The notes under the pieces were generated by a model that ran no database searches, was not told where the DNA came from, and worked only from the letters and a program-made list of their open reading frames with translations. Positions 30,747-41,234 of a stretch of 64,000 nucleotides of DNA are shown piece by piece; positions within the stretch are counted from its first letter, which is position 1, and each line of letters starts with the position of its first letter. Origin of the DNA: an uncultured Gemmatimonadales bacterium (GTDB lineage Bacteria > Gemmatimonadota > Gemmatimonadetes > Gemmatimonadales > GWC2-71-9); NCBI GenBank assembly GCA_963739455.1, contig CAVUAK010000001.1, positions 192,001-256,000 of the forward strand. The letters run 5' to 3'. The position numbers were made by a program, and so were the translations under genes.

Positions 30747-32105
30747 ATGGAACTCCCCGCACCGCGCATCCTCGTCGCCGACGACCAGTCGGACATCCTG
30801 CAGGCGCTTCGGCTCCTGCTCCGGAGCGAGGGCTTTGTCGTCGAGACCGCCACATCCCCGGCCGCCGTGCTCGCAGCACTCGAGGATCGCGACTTCGACG
30901 TCCTCCTCATGGACCTCAACTACACCCGCGATACCACGTCGGGCCGCGAGGGCCTCGATGTCCTGGCGCGCATTCACCTCCTCGACGCGGCACTGCCGAC
31001 GGTGGTGATGACGGCGTATGGCAGTGTGGAAGGTGCCGTCGAGGCGATGCGCCGCGGCGCCCGCGACTATCTCGAGAAGCCGTGGGACAACACCCGGCTC
31101 GTGTCGCTCCTGCGGACCCAGGTGGAACTTGGTCGCGCACTCCGCCGGAGCCAGCGGCTGGAAAGCGAGAACCAGTCGCTTCGCCGCGAGGGCCTCCCCG
31201 ATCTCGTCACCGAGTCTCCCGCCATGCGTGCGACCGCGCGCCTCATGGCTCGCGTCGCCCCATCCGATGCCAATGCACTGCTGCTCGGGGAACACGGCGT
31301 CGGCAAGGAAATCGCCGCGCGCTGGCTCCATGCCGCGAGCGGTCGCGCCGCGAAGCCGATGATCACCGTCAACGTCGGCGGACTGTCGGAGGGTGTCTTC
31401 GAGAGCGAACTCTTCGGTCACCTGAAGGGCGCCTTTACCGACGCCAAGGCCGATCGTATCGGCCGCTTCGAGCTCGCCGATCACGGTACCATCTTCCTCG
31501 ACGAGATCGCGAACATGACGCAGGGGCAGCAGGCCCGCATCCTGCGCGTGCTCAACACCGGGGAGTTCGAGCGGGTGGGATCGTCCCGCACGCGCACCGT
31601 GGAAGCGCGTGTCTTCTCTGCAACCAATGCCGACCTCGTCGCCGAAGTCGCGGCGGGCCGTTTTCGCGAGGACCTGCTCTACCGCCTCAACACCATCGAG
31701 ATCCGCATCCCCCCGCTGCGCGAGCGCCGGGAGGACATTCCCCTCCTCGCCGCCCAGTTCCTTGATCGCTACGCCGCCCATTACCGGAAGGCGCTGCGCG
31801 GCTTCCGTCCCGAGGCAATGGCAGCCATCCTCGCCTACGCCTGGCCCGGCAACGTGCGCGAGCTGGACCACACCCTCGAGCGCGCGGTCCTCCTCGCCGA
31901 TGACACCGAGATCAAGGTGGCCGATCTCTCGCTCACCGCCGGCGACCGCTCGGCTCACCTCGACCAGATGACGCTGGAGGAGGTGGAGCGCGTGCTCATC
32001 CAGAAGGCGCTGGCGCGCGCCGACGGCAACGTCGCCGGGGCCGCCAAGGCGCTCGGCCTGAGCCGCAGTGCGCTCTATCGCCGGCTGGAGCGGTTCGGGC
32101 TCTAG
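30747..32105 (+). CDS. Sigma-54-dependent (NtrC/Fis-family) response regulator
   Basis: Receiver domain (DD...LMDLN...TAYG..EKPW), AAA+ GEHGVGKE, ESELFGH.KGAFTDA, WPGNVREL and Fis-type HTH. Confidence 0.95.
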   Translation: MELPAPRILVADDQSDILQALRLLLRSEGFVVETATSPAAVLAALEDRDFDVLLMDLNYTRDTTSGREGLDVLARIHLLDAALPTVVMTAYGSVEGAVEAMRRGARDYLEKPWDNTRLVSLLRTQVELGRALRRSQRLESENQSLRREGLPDLVTESPAMRATARLMARVAPSDANALLLGEHGVGKEIAARWLHAASGRAAKPMITVNVGGLSEGVFESELFGHLKGAFTDAKADRIGRFELADHGTIFLDEIANMTQGQQARILRVLNTGEFERVGSSRTRTVEARVFSATNADLVAEVAAGRFREDLLYRLNTIEIRIPPLRERREDIPLLAAQFLDRYAAHYRKALRGFRPEAMAAILAYAWPGNVRELDHTLERAVLLADDTEIKVADLSLTAGDRSAHLDQMTLEEVERVLIQKALARADGNVAGAAKALGLSRSALYRRLERFGL

Positions 32106-32110
32106 TGCCC

Positions 32111-33430
32111 ATGGCGACATATCCCCGTCGCACCGTCACCATCGCGCTCTGGTCAGCGCTCCCAGCCGTTCTCCTCGCCCTCGGTCTTCTCTGGACCGGA
32201 CCGTATGGCGCCCGCGCACAGTGGACCGGCACAATCTTCATCCTGGTCATCCTGGCCGTCGGCCTCAGCGTCCTCTACGACCACGTCATCCGCCCGATCC
32301 AGACTGCCTCGAACCTTCTCGCCGCCATGCGCGAGGGTGACTTCTCCCTTCGTGCCCGCAGCACCGGCCCCGACGACGATCTCGGCCTCCTTTATATAGA
32401 GGCCAACGGACTCGCCGAGATGTTGCGAAGCCATCGGCTCGAGGCCCTGGAATCCGGTGCCCTGCTCCGGGCCGTCATGGCCGATATCGACGCCGCCGTG
32501 CTCGCCTTCGATGCCGATGACCGGCTTGTCCTCGTCAACCGCGGCGGCGAGGAACTGCTGGGTGCACCCGCGACCCAGCTCATCGGCAAGCATGCGCGAG
32601 ACCTCGAGGTCAGCGACTGCCTCGACGGGGAGACGCCTCGGGTCCTCGAGCGCGCGGGAGCGACCCGCTGGGAACTCCGGCGCACCACCTTCCGACAGGA
32701 TGGCCGCCCGCATCAGCTGGTGCTGCTCACCGATGTAAGTCGCACCCTGCAGGCGGAAGAGCGCGAGGCCTGGCAGCGACTCATCCGCGTGCTCTCGCAT
32801 GAGATCAACAACTCCCTCACCCCGATCCGGTCGTTCGCCGGCTCGCTCCGCACCATCGTGCAGCAGGGACCGCGCACCCCCGAGGGCGACGAGGACCTTC
32901 GTCGCGGGCTCGACATCATCGGGCAGCGGGCCGATTCGCTGGGGCGCTTCATTGCGGCATACGCGCGCCTCGCCCGGCTGCCGATGCCCGTGCTGCAGCC
33001 TGTACTGGTGGAAGATTGGGTGCAGCGGGTGGTGGCACTGGAGAGGAGGCGCCCCGTCACCATCTCCCCAGGACCGTCCGTTGTCCTGATTGCCGACACC
33101 GGCCAGATGGAGCAGTTGCTCATCAACCTGGTCCGCAATGCCGCCGATGCCGCCGCCGAGACAGGCGGTACCGTCGAGGTCACCTGGTCGGTGCGCGATC
33201 GCGAACTCGAACTTGCCGTGCTCGATGACGGACCGGGCATTGCCGACACCGCGAACCTGTTCGTCCCCTTCTATACCACGAAGCCGGGCGGCTCCGGCAT
33301 CGGGCTCGCACTCTCCCGCCGCATCGCGGAGGCACATGGGGGCAGGTTGTCGCTGGAGAACCGGAAGGAAGGCGGCTGCCGCGCGACACTGAGATTGCCG
33401 TTGAGTCGTGGTGGGTCACAGCTTTCCTGA
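32111..33430 (+). CDS. Sensor histidine kinase (HAMP/PAS, NtrY-like)
   Basis: Two TM helices, SHEINNSLTPI H-box, NLVRNA, DDGPGI, FYTTK..GSGIGL. Confidence 0.93.
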   Translation: MATYPRRTVTIALWSALPAVLLALGLLWTGPYGARAQWTGTIFILVILAVGLSVLYDHVIRPIQTASNLLAAMREGDFSLRARSTGPDDDLGLLYIEANGLAEMLRSHRLEALESGALLRAVMADIDAAVLAFDADDRLVLVNRGGEELLGAPATQLIGKHARDLEVSDCLDGETPRVLERAGATRWELRRTTFRQDGRPHQLVLLTDVSRTLQAEEREAWQRLIRVLSHEINNSLTPIRSFAGSLRTIVQQGPRTPEGDEDLRRGLDIIGQRADSLGRFIAAYARLARLPMPVLQPVLVEDWVQRVVALERRRPVTISPGPSVVLIADTGQMEQLLINLVRNAADAAAETGGTVEVTWSVRDRELELAVLDDGPGIADTANLFVPFYTTKPGGSGIGLALSRRIAEAHGGRLSLENRKEGGCRATLRLPLSRGGSQLS

Positions 33431-33516
33431 CGACACGATCCCAAGTTGCGGGGTAAGGAACCACTACTGGCACGTGCCGATCGACTGGCGTCCCACTTCG
33501 CAACATGAGGTCCGCT

Positions 33517-33880
33517 ATGCGTCCCCTCCTCGCCCTCTCGCTCCTTGGTCTCGCCTCCCTCGCCGGCACCGCCGCCTGCAGTTCCGACAACAACGGACCC
33601 GCGGTCACCGGCGACGTCTCCATAACCTCCGGCGCGAGCGCCAAGACCACCACCGCCTTCGCACCCAATCCGTTTACGAAAAGCGTCACGACCCCGCTGG
33701 TCACCTGGGTCAACAACGACGGCGTCACCCACCGCATCGTCTCCGATGCGCCGTTGTTCGCTTCTGCCAACCTCGGTAACGGGGCGTCGTTCAGCTTCTC
33801 CTTCACCGCCCCCGGCGACTACGCCTATCACTGCTCCATCCACCCCGGCATGGTCGGGCACGATCACGATCACGCCGTAA
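33517..33880 (+). CDS. Second cupredoxin lipoprotein (1-bp frameshift near 33857)
   Basis: TAAC lipobox, YHCSIHPGM; removing one G gives MVGTITITP*, matching its paralogue MVGTITLN*. Confidence 0.85.
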
Positions 33881-33881
33881 G

Positions 33882-33951
33882 GACGTGAAGACGTGAAGAC
33901 GTGAAGACGTGAAGACGTGAGGAACGACCTCAAGTCCTCAAGTCCTCAAGT
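33882..33951. repeat. (GACGTGAR)x5 followed by near-complementary (CCTCAAGT)x3; imperfect hairpin
   Basis: Read directly; the reverse complement of CTCAAGTC is GACTTGAG, one mismatch from GACGTGAG. Confidence 0.85.
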
Positions 33952-33996
33952 CTTTACAGACTGGTGCCCGTCGGGACGCGCCGCCATCTTCCCCCC

Positions 33997-36612
33997 ATGA
34001 ACGACGCCACCCGCCTCGCAAATGCCCTGGAAGAACGCTACCGCATCGAGCGCCAGCTCGGTGCCGGTGGCATGGCAACCGTCTACCTCGCCACCGACCT
34101 CAAGCACGATCGTGAAGTCGCCCTTAAGGTCTTGAGGCCCGAGCTCGGCGCCGTACTCGGCGCTGAGCGCTTCCTGGCCGAGATCAAGATCACCGCCCGG
34201 CTCGACCACCCCCACATCCTCACCCTGATCGACTCGGGCGAGGCTGGCGGCTTCCTCTTCTATGTCCTTCCGCTTGTCCGCGGCGAGTCCCTCCGTGACA
34301 AGCTCAATCGCGAACAGCAGCTCGGCCTCGAAGAGGCTCTGGCTATTACGAAGCAGGTCGCCAGCGCCCTCGACTACGCCCATCGCTCCGGCGTTGTCCA
34401 CCGCGATATCAAGCCCGAGAACATCCTGTTGTTCGAGGGTGAGGCGATGCTGGCCGACTTCGGCATCGCACTCGCCGTCAAGGAAGCCGGCGGCAATCGC
34501 CTCACGGAAACCGGCCTCTCACTCGGCACGCCGCAGTACATGAGCCCCGAGCAGGCGACGGGTGACCGGCTCCTCGATGCCCGGAGCGACGTCTACTCCT
34601 TGGCCGCCGTGCTCTATGAAATGCTTGCCGGCGAGCCGCCGGTGACGGGGCCGAACGCCCAGGCGATGATCGCCAAGCTCATGACCGAGCGCCCGGTGCA
34701 CCTGCGCGTGGTGCGCGGCTCGGTGCCCGAGAACATCGACGCCGCGGTCGCGAAGGCGCTCGACAAGACCCCGGCCGATCGCTTCGGCAGCGCCGGCGAC
34801 TTCTCCCGCGCGCTCGACCTGAAGCCGATCACCGGAACGGTGCCGATCGCATCGAGCCCCGTCGCGGCAGCAGGGAAGTCGAAGCGCGGTCTCTGGATCG
34901 GCCTTGCCGCCGCGGCACTCCTCGCGGCCGTGGCTGGCGCCTTCGCCATGAAGGGCAAGGCGGCACCTGTCGCTGCAAAGCCGGAGTCGTTCGCCCTCCG
35001 CGACCGCACCCAGCTCACCACCAGCGGCAACGTCTTCGTCTCCGCCATCAGCGCCGACGGCAAGCAGCTCGCGTACATCACGCACAACTGCGGCACGACC
35101 GGCTGCTCCTACGCCGTGGACATCCAGGACGTGGGCGGCACCGCGACCCATCGCATTCTCGACAACATCAGCGCCGGCTACGGACTCGAGTGGAGCCCCG
35201 ACCGCCGCAACCTGATCTTCGTCGGGACCTGGCAGGGTCGCTACGGCTAGTTACCTGCTCTCGGCGCTCGGCGGAACGCCGCGCTTCCTCGGCCCGGTCG
35301 CCGCCATGTTCTACGCCGGCGGTGACTCGCTCCTCATCGGGCCGTCCGGGCCGAGCGCCGACTCCTCGTTCCAGGTCAAGGTGACGTCCATCGACGGCAC
35401 AGTGCGCGACAGCATCCGCGTCGCCGGTCCGGGCCTCGGCCTCGACGGGCTGAGCGTGTCACCCGGCGGCAAGTGGATCGTGGCGCTGGTGGTGCAGGCG
35501 GGCCGCGGCTTCTGGCAGGTGTTCGATCGCAGCGGCAAGGTCGCAGATCACGTCCTCAACTCGTGCACCTGCCCCGGGCGCATCACCAGCGATGCGCTCT
35601 GGCTCACCCGCTCCGGCCAGGGCTTCGAGTCGATCGTCCGGCTCGGCATCGACCCCGCCACCGGCAAGCTGGCATCACGGCAGGACACGCTGCTCGTCGG
35701 GCAACTTCAACAACTTCAGTGTCACCGCCGACGGCTCCACCCTGGTGGTCGACGACGGCAAGGCCGAGTATTCGCTCTGGGCCCTGCCGGCGTCGGCGGC
35801 GCTTGCCGGGAAGTTCAACGACGCCGATCGTCGCACCCGGTCGTCCACCCAGATCATCAGCTCGCTGTCCCCCGATGGCGCTCGCATCCTGCTGGCGCGC
35901 GACGTCGCCTCATCCTCCGGGTCGGCCGAGCGACGCTTCACGGTCATGCCATTCGGCGGCGGACCTGAGGCGCCGCTCAACGTCGCCCGCCGGCACCCGG
36001 GTCTCGCAGTGGATCGATTCCGTCACGGTGGAGTTCGGCGGTCAGTTCGAGGGCGGCGCCCGGGTCAGCCTGGTGGACGTGCGCACCGGCGCCACCGCGC
36101 GTACCGTTGACCTGCCCGATTCTCTCGTGTCCGACGTGGTGCCGCTGGCCGATGGCTGGGCCTGGATACCGGCCGGCAGCGATCGCGTCGTTGTGCGCCG
36201 CGGCGACAAGACCACGGAGATCCCGAAGCCAGACTGGTACGCGGCGCTCTACCTCCTCGACGTTGACCCGTCAGGCAAGAACCTTCTCATGATCGGCTGG
36301 GGCCGTACTCAGGACTCGCTCGGCGCGGCCGTCGTGCCGGTCGATGGCGGCGCCCCCGTCATGTGGGCCCGATCGTTCGCCGAGCGCGGCGCGGCTCGCT
36401 TCATCGACGACGGCTCGATCCTCTTCCAGCCGTGGGATACGCCGGAATCGATCGTCTTCTACAAGGTCACCGCTCCGGGTAAGATGCAGCGGCTCGGCAA
36501 GGTGCCGCGATCGGTGGCAGGCGTGAGCCTCTCCGACGACCTCAAGCGCGCCATGGTGCTCGAGGCCGACTACCATGGCGACGCCTTCATGAGCCGCGTC
36601 GTACGACCGTAA
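33997..36612 (+). CDS. Ser/Thr protein kinase with TM helix and C-terminal TolB/PD40-like beta-propeller; frameshifts near 35248, 35700 and 35990
   Basis: GAGGMATVY, HRDIKPEN, DFG, GTPQYMSPE; then AISADGKQLAY, WSPDRR, SVSPGGKW and LSPDGARI blades across ORFs 33964, 35306, 35592 and 35473. Confidence 0.88.
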
Positions 36613-36650
36613 GCGGACGCCTGACGACCGCCGACTGCCGACTCCCCAAC

Positions 36651-36710
36651 GTGACGATCCAGTCACGACACCACCATCAATCCGTCCCAGTCCCGTCCGA
36701 GTCGCGTCAC
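36651..36710 (+). promoter_or_regulatory. Pho-box-like 11-bp-periodic array upstream of the plcP-like gene
   Basis: GTGAC(36651), GTCAC(36662), ACCAT(36673), GTCCC(36684), GTCCG(36695), GTCAC(36706). Confidence 0.6.
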
Positions 36711-36785
36711 TTCAGCATTTTCCCGTTGTGCCCGCCCCATCCTCTTCATAACATTGCCCCATGACGCCAGCAGCCGGGGTGCACG

Positions 36786-37619
36786 GTGGCTACGACGCCT
36801 GACGTACAACGATGGCGATCCATCTGGATATCCGACGTTCACCTGGGCACGAAACACGCCCAGGTGGATGCCCTGCTCGAGTTCCTCAAGGGCACGAGAT
36901 CGGACTACCTCTATATCGTGGGAGACTTGATCGACGGCTGGGAACTGAAGCGCAACTGGTATTGGCAGGACAGCTATAACACCCTCATCCAGAAGCTCCT
37001 CCGCAAGCAGCGCAAGCACACCCGCATCATCTACGTCACCGGCAATCACGACGAATTTCTCGAGACCTTCATCGGGCTCACCTTTGGCAAGCTCACGCTC
37101 GTCAAGGAAGCGATTCACGAAGCCGCCGATGGACGCCGGTACCTGGTCATCCACGGCCACCAGTTCGACGGCCTCACCCACTTCAATCGCCTGCTCGAAC
37201 GACTCGGCTCGCGCCTCTACGACTGGGTCCTCAACCTCAACCAGTACCTCAATCGACTGCGCCGTCAGTTCGGGCTCGGTTACTGGTCATTCGCTGCCTT
37301 CCTCAAGGCGAAGGCCAAGAGCGCGGTTCAGTACGTCACCGAATACGAATCAGCCATGATCACCCTCGCTGCCGCGCACGGGGTGGACGGCATCATCTGC
37401 GGTCACATTCATCGCGCCGAGATTCGCGACATCAACGGCCTGACGTACCTCAATGCGGGAGACTGGGTCGAGAGCTGCACGGCGCTGGTGGAGGATTTCG
37501 CGGGCAACTTCAGCCTCATCCACTTCCATGAAGATCCTGTTCACGGTGCAGGGCGAGGGGCGGGGGCACATGACCCAGGCCCTCGCCGTGCACCGGAACC
37601 TGTCCCGCTGGGGGCATGA
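36786..37619 (+). CDS. PlcP-like metallophosphoesterase (UDP-2,3-diacylglucosamine diphosphatase/LpxH2 family; putative phospholipase C)
   Basis: ISDVHLG, GDLIDGW.LKRNWYW, IQKLLRK.RK, GNHDEFL, HGHQFD, GYWS, CGHIH and N.GDWVESCTALVE. Confidence 0.88.
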   Translation: MATTPDVQRWRSIWISDVHLGTKHAQVDALLEFLKGTRSDYLYIVGDLIDGWELKRNWYWQDSYNTLIQKLLRKQRKHTRIIYVTGNHDEFLETFIGLTFGKLTLVKEAIHEAADGRRYLVIHGHQFDGLTHFNRLLERLGSRLYDWVLNLNQYLNRLRRQFGLGYWSFAAFLKAKAKSAVQYVTEYESAMITLAAAHGVDGIICGHIHRAEIRDINGLTYLNAGDWVESCTALVEDFAGNFSLIHFHEDPVHGAGRGAGAHDPGPRRAPEPVPLGA

Positions 37620-38631
37620 ACTCGTGGGTGTCGCGGCCGGTCGGCACAACGACCGGTCGCTGCCCAGCTATTTCGCGAATGCCTTTGACGTACCCGTGAC
37701 CCTGCTTGAAAGCCCCGGCTTCAACTTCCGCGAGAGCCGGTCGATCGACCTCCCCGCGACGCTCATAGGCACGGTACAGCGCGCGCCCGCCTACCGCGAC
37801 AGCATGGCCCAGCTCCGCGCCATGGTTCGCGACACCAGTCCCGACCTCGTCGTCAATTTCTTCGAGCCACTCACGGGCCTGGTTCAGTTCATCAAGCCAT
37901 TGCCAGTGCCCGTACTGGCGATAGCGCACCAGCACATGATCGAGCATCCCGCCTACGTGCGCCGGCCTGGGGGCACGATCGACCGGACTGGCCTCTCACT
38001 CTTCGCCGGCCTCGTCGGCACCAAATCGTGGAAGCTCGCCCTCTCGCTCACGCCGGCAGGGGACCTGCCGGCTCGACGGCTGCTCGTTGGACCGCCTCTC
38101 CTGCGGCCCGAACTGTTCGAGCTCGTGCCATCGCCTGGCGCGTTTATCCTGGTGTACGTGGTCAACCACGGCTACAGCGAGGAGATCCGCGCCTGGCACC
38201 GGCTCAACCCGCTGGTCCCCCTGCACTGCTTCTACGACCGCCCGGGCGCGCCTGATGAAGAAGTGGTGGATCGCACGTTGAGCTTCCATCGGCTGGATGG
38301 GAAGAAGTTCATGCAGATGATGGCGGGATGCCGCGCACTGGTGAGTACCGCCGGCTTTGAGTCGATCTGCGAGGCGGCCTGGCTCGGCAAGCCGGTGCTG
38401 GCCGTTCCGGTACAGCACCACGCGGAGCAGATGCTTAACGCACTTGATGTAGTCGAGGCAGGGCTCGGTATTGCTGACAGCACCTTCCGGCTCGACCGGT
38501 TGGCTGAGCTCCCCGATCAACTCGACAATACCGGCTTTCGGGCATGGGTCGGTCGTGGCGACGAGGTACTCCGGGGTGCGCTGTGCCAGGCCGCCGGGAG
38601 CACCCGCCACGCACGTGGATCGATTCTGTGA
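37528..38631 (+). CDS. GT-B glycosyltransferase (MJ1255/VC2487-like)
   Basis: MKILFTVQGEGRGH.TQA, DLVVNFFEP and STAGFESICEA.WLGKP.L.VP...H.EQ..NA. Confidence 0.88.
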   Translation: MKILFTVQGEGRGHMTQALAVHRNLSRWGHELVGVAAGRHNDRSLPSYFANAFDVPVTLLESPGFNFRESRSIDLPATLIGTVQRAPAYRDSMAQLRAMVRDTSPDLVVNFFEPLTGLVQFIKPLPVPVLAIAHQHMIEHPAYVRRPGGTIDRTGLSLFAGLVGTKSWKLALSLTPAGDLPARRLLVGPPLLRPELFELVPSPGAFILVYVVNHGYSEEIRAWHRLNPLVPLHCFYDRPGAPDEEVVDRTLSFHRLDGKKFMQMMAGCRALVSTAGFESICEAAWLGKPVLAVPVQHHAEQMLNALDVVEAGLGIADSTFRLDRLAELPDQLDNTGFRAWVGRGDEVLRGALCQAAGSTRHARGSIL

Positions 38632-39061
38632 CGGTGCAGTTTGGCGGTCAGTTTGAGGGCGGTACCAGGATCAGCCTGATGGATGCGCGCACCGGCGCCA
38701 CCTCGCGCACCGGCGCCAACTCTCGTACCGTTGACCTGCCCGACTCCCTGATGCGTGCCGTGATCCCGCTCCCCGATGGCTGGGCCTGGGTGCCCGCCAG
38801 CGCTGATCGCATCATCGTTCGCCGCGGCGAGAAGACACTGGAGTTTCCGAAGCCGGAGTGGTTCATTGCGCTACACATGCTCGATTTCGATGCAGCCAGC
38901 CAGCGGCTGCTATGCTCGGCTGGGCCCTTCGCAAGACACCCTGGGCGTGGCCGTCGTACCGATCGATGGGACCGTGAACCTCTCCGATGACCTCGAGCGC
39001 GCCATGGTGCTCGAGGCCGACTATCACGGGGATGCATTTGAGCAGGGTCGTACGCCAGTAA
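38615..39061 (+). pseudogene. Degenerate relic paralogous to the 3' end of the kinase gene (36009-36612)
   Basis: WIDSVTV(Q/E)FGGQFEGG, RTVDLPDSL, DGWAW.PA..DR and LSDDL.RAMVLEADYHGDAF are shared; it has frameshifts, an internal deletion and no start codon. Confidence 0.85.
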
Positions 39062-39164
39062 GCATATCGGATGGGACTCCGAGGCCTTCGACGCTACACC
39101 AGCCGGAGGTAACAGCTCCGTGACACACTAGCTGGCGAATGAATCCGCAGGTATGCTCCTCGCC

Positions 39165-39551
39165 ATGAAGAGTCGTCTTCTTTGCCTCGCGGCTTTGACT
39201 GCATGCTCCAGCGTGGACACCTCCACACCGCCTGATGCCTACTGTACGGACAGCATAGAGCCCGGGTTGATGGTCTATATCGTCGATGCGGTCACGGGAA
39301 TTCCCCAGGCGGACGACGCACGGGCATTTGCCATCGATGGTGCATATTCGGACTCGCTGAGGTTCGGCATTGCAGCCGGCACGACACTGATCGCGCTTCA
39401 GGGAGCTGCTGAGCGCCCAGGTCTTTACCATCTCCGCATCGACAAGCAGGGTTACCGCACCTGGACACAGGCCGACGTTCGGGTTTTCGCCGACGCTTGT
39501 CATGTGCGGACCGTGCAGGTAACGGCGAGGCTGCAGCCCATCGAGCCGTAG
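39165..39551 (+). CDS. Small hypothetical lipoprotein (carboxypeptidase-regulatory-like beta-sandwich)
   Basis: LTAC lipobox; V.DAVTG.P, ERPGLY.LRIDKQGYRTW and C-terminal CHV.T. Confidence 0.75.
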   Translation: MKSRLLCLAALTACSSVDTSTPPDAYCTDSIEPGLMVYIVDAVTGIPQADDARAFAIDGAYSDSLRFGIAAGTTLIALQGAAERPGLYHLRIDKQGYRTWTQADVRVFADACHVRTVQVTARLQPIEP

Positions 39552-39557
39552 CGCCGC

Positions 39558-39617
39558 GTAACACTTCCGTTATGTACCCTTCGCCCAACCCACACACGAC
39601 GCGCATGCAGCGGTGAC
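39558..39617 (+). promoter_or_regulatory. Pho-box-like 11-bp-periodic array upstream of the phoX-like gene
   Basis: GTAAC(39558), GTTAT(39569) and GTGAC(39613, five periods on); the intervening units are weak. Confidence 0.5.
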
Positions 39618-39669
39618 AGCAGCCTCCGAAGTTTCCCGGATACTGGTTTACCCAATCCCGGAGCTTCCC

Positions 39670-41229
39670 ATGCATGTGCGCTGGATTCTGACCGCCGCCG
39701 CCGCTCTCGCGGTCGCGGCCGCGTGTAACAAGGATCAGGACAGCGTCGCCCCAGCGGCCGACGCCGATATCGCGCTCAACAAGGGCCACGACCGCGACCG
39801 CGGCTTCCGCACCGAGCAGCCCGCCCAGGCCGAAGCCCTGGTCAGCGGCGCCCGCCTGGTGCCGATCCTTACCACTGGTGACATCCTCCCTGGCAGCAAC
39901 CTTCCATGGGCCCCGGTCCCCGACGGGTTGGGTGCCTATCGCGACGGGCGCGGCATTGTCGTCTTCGCCAACCATGAAATCACCGCCAGCGGCGTCTCCT
40001 CTTCCAACGGCGGGCCATCCTTCCTCTTCTCGCGCGTCTCCCGCCTCACGCTCGATCCGTCGTCACTCAAGGTGCTGGGCGGCGACTACGCTGAGGATGG
40101 GAGCGGCGGCTACATCCGCTTCTGTTCCGCCACCTGGGCCGGCGCGAAGGAAGGCCTCCCCACCGGCTTCTTCCTCACTGGCGAGGAGAATGGCGCAACC
40201 GCCAAGGGCTCCGTCGTGCTCGCCGTCAGCGGTCAGGGACAGAAGACCGAACTGCCGCACCTGGGCGCTTTCAGCCATGAGAACACCGTGCCGATCGACG
40301 GCTATGACCAGGTGGTCGTGCTGGGCACTGATGACTCGCAGGGCCAGTCGGAGCTGTACATGTACGTGGCCAGGAATGAGCGCGCCTTCCTGAGCGGTGA
40401 CCAGTCGAAGGGCCATCTCTACGTCTTCAAGACCGACGCCAAGTCGGTCGCAGGCAACCCGCTCCACTCCGGCAACCTCCAGGTCGGGGAGACGATCAAG
40501 GGTTACTTCGTTCCCATCGATGACCCTGCCGATCTCGGCGCCGCTCCCGCGGACCGCTATGCCCGGTTGCAGGCGAAGGTCGATGCGCTCGGTGCCATGC
40601 CCTTCGTGCGCCTCGAGGACGCTGACTATGTGCCCGGCCGCCGCCATGCGCGTGGCGAACCCACCGCGTACTTCGTGGACACCGGCGCGGAAAGCACCAC
40701 CGGACGCCCACAGGTGGGCGCCGACTGCGGCGGGCCGTGTGATGCCTACGGCTCGATCTACCGCATCGAGCTCTCCGAGAATGATCCCACGAAGTGGGCT
40801 GAGCTGACGCTCGTCGCCCGCTCCTCCGGGCCGAAGAGTGGATGGTCGTCGCCCGACAACATCGCGATCTCCCGGAAGAGCATCATGATCATGGAAGATC
40901 CCGCCAACACCCAGTGGGACGGCAGCCGCGCTCCCGGCATCTGGAACGCATCACTCTATCCCCGCGGTCGCGTCGGCGCCTTCCAGGAAGTGGCGCAGGT
41001 GACCCAGGAGTCGCTCATTCCCGGCCCCGGCGGCAAGTGCATCGACGCATCCGGCCTCTGCTGGGAGTCGAGTGGCATCATCAGCACCGATGACCTGCTC
41101 GGTCCCGGCACCTGGCTGTTCGATGTGCAGGCACACACCTTCCCGTTCGCCGTCGGCACTGGCGCCGACGCGAAGCAGTATACGAAGGAGAGCGGCCAGC
41201 TCCTGTACCTCCGCGTCCCGGGCAGCTGA
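39670..41229 (+). CDS. PhoX/DUF839-like alkaline phosphatase, lipoprotein
   Basis: AAAC lipobox; PDGLG, NHE, RFCSA, TGEE, LGAFSHEN, RLED, SPDNI, MED, WESSG and VQAH. Confidence 0.8.
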   Translation: MHVRWILTAAAALAVAAACNKDQDSVAPAADADIALNKGHDRDRGFRTEQPAQAEALVSGARLVPILTTGDILPGSNLPWAPVPDGLGAYRDGRGIVVFANHEITASGVSSSNGGPSFLFSRVSRLTLDPSSLKVLGGDYAEDGSGGYIRFCSATWAGAKEGLPTGFFLTGEENGATAKGSVVLAVSGQGQKTELPHLGAFSHENTVPIDGYDQVVVLGTDDSQGQSELYMYVARNERAFLSGDQSKGHLYVFKTDAKSVAGNPLHSGNLQVGETIKGYFVPIDDPADLGAAPADRYARLQAKVDALGAMPFVRLEDADYVPGRRHARGEPTAYFVDTGAESTTGRPQVGADCGGPCDAYGSIYRIELSENDPTKWAELTLVARSSGPKSGWSSPDNIAISRKSIMIMEDPANTQWDGSRAPGIWNASLYPRGRVGAFQEVAQVTQESLIPGPGGKCIDASGLCWESSGIISTDDLLGPGTWLFDVQAHTFPFAVGTGADAKQYTKESGQLLYLRVPGS

Positions 41230-41234
41230 TCCCG

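Noticed and set aside
38615..39061. Diversity-generating retroelement template/variable repeat pair with 36009-36612
   Set aside because: Differences are not adenine-specific and are largely synonymous or conservative, with indels; no reverse transcriptase in the window.
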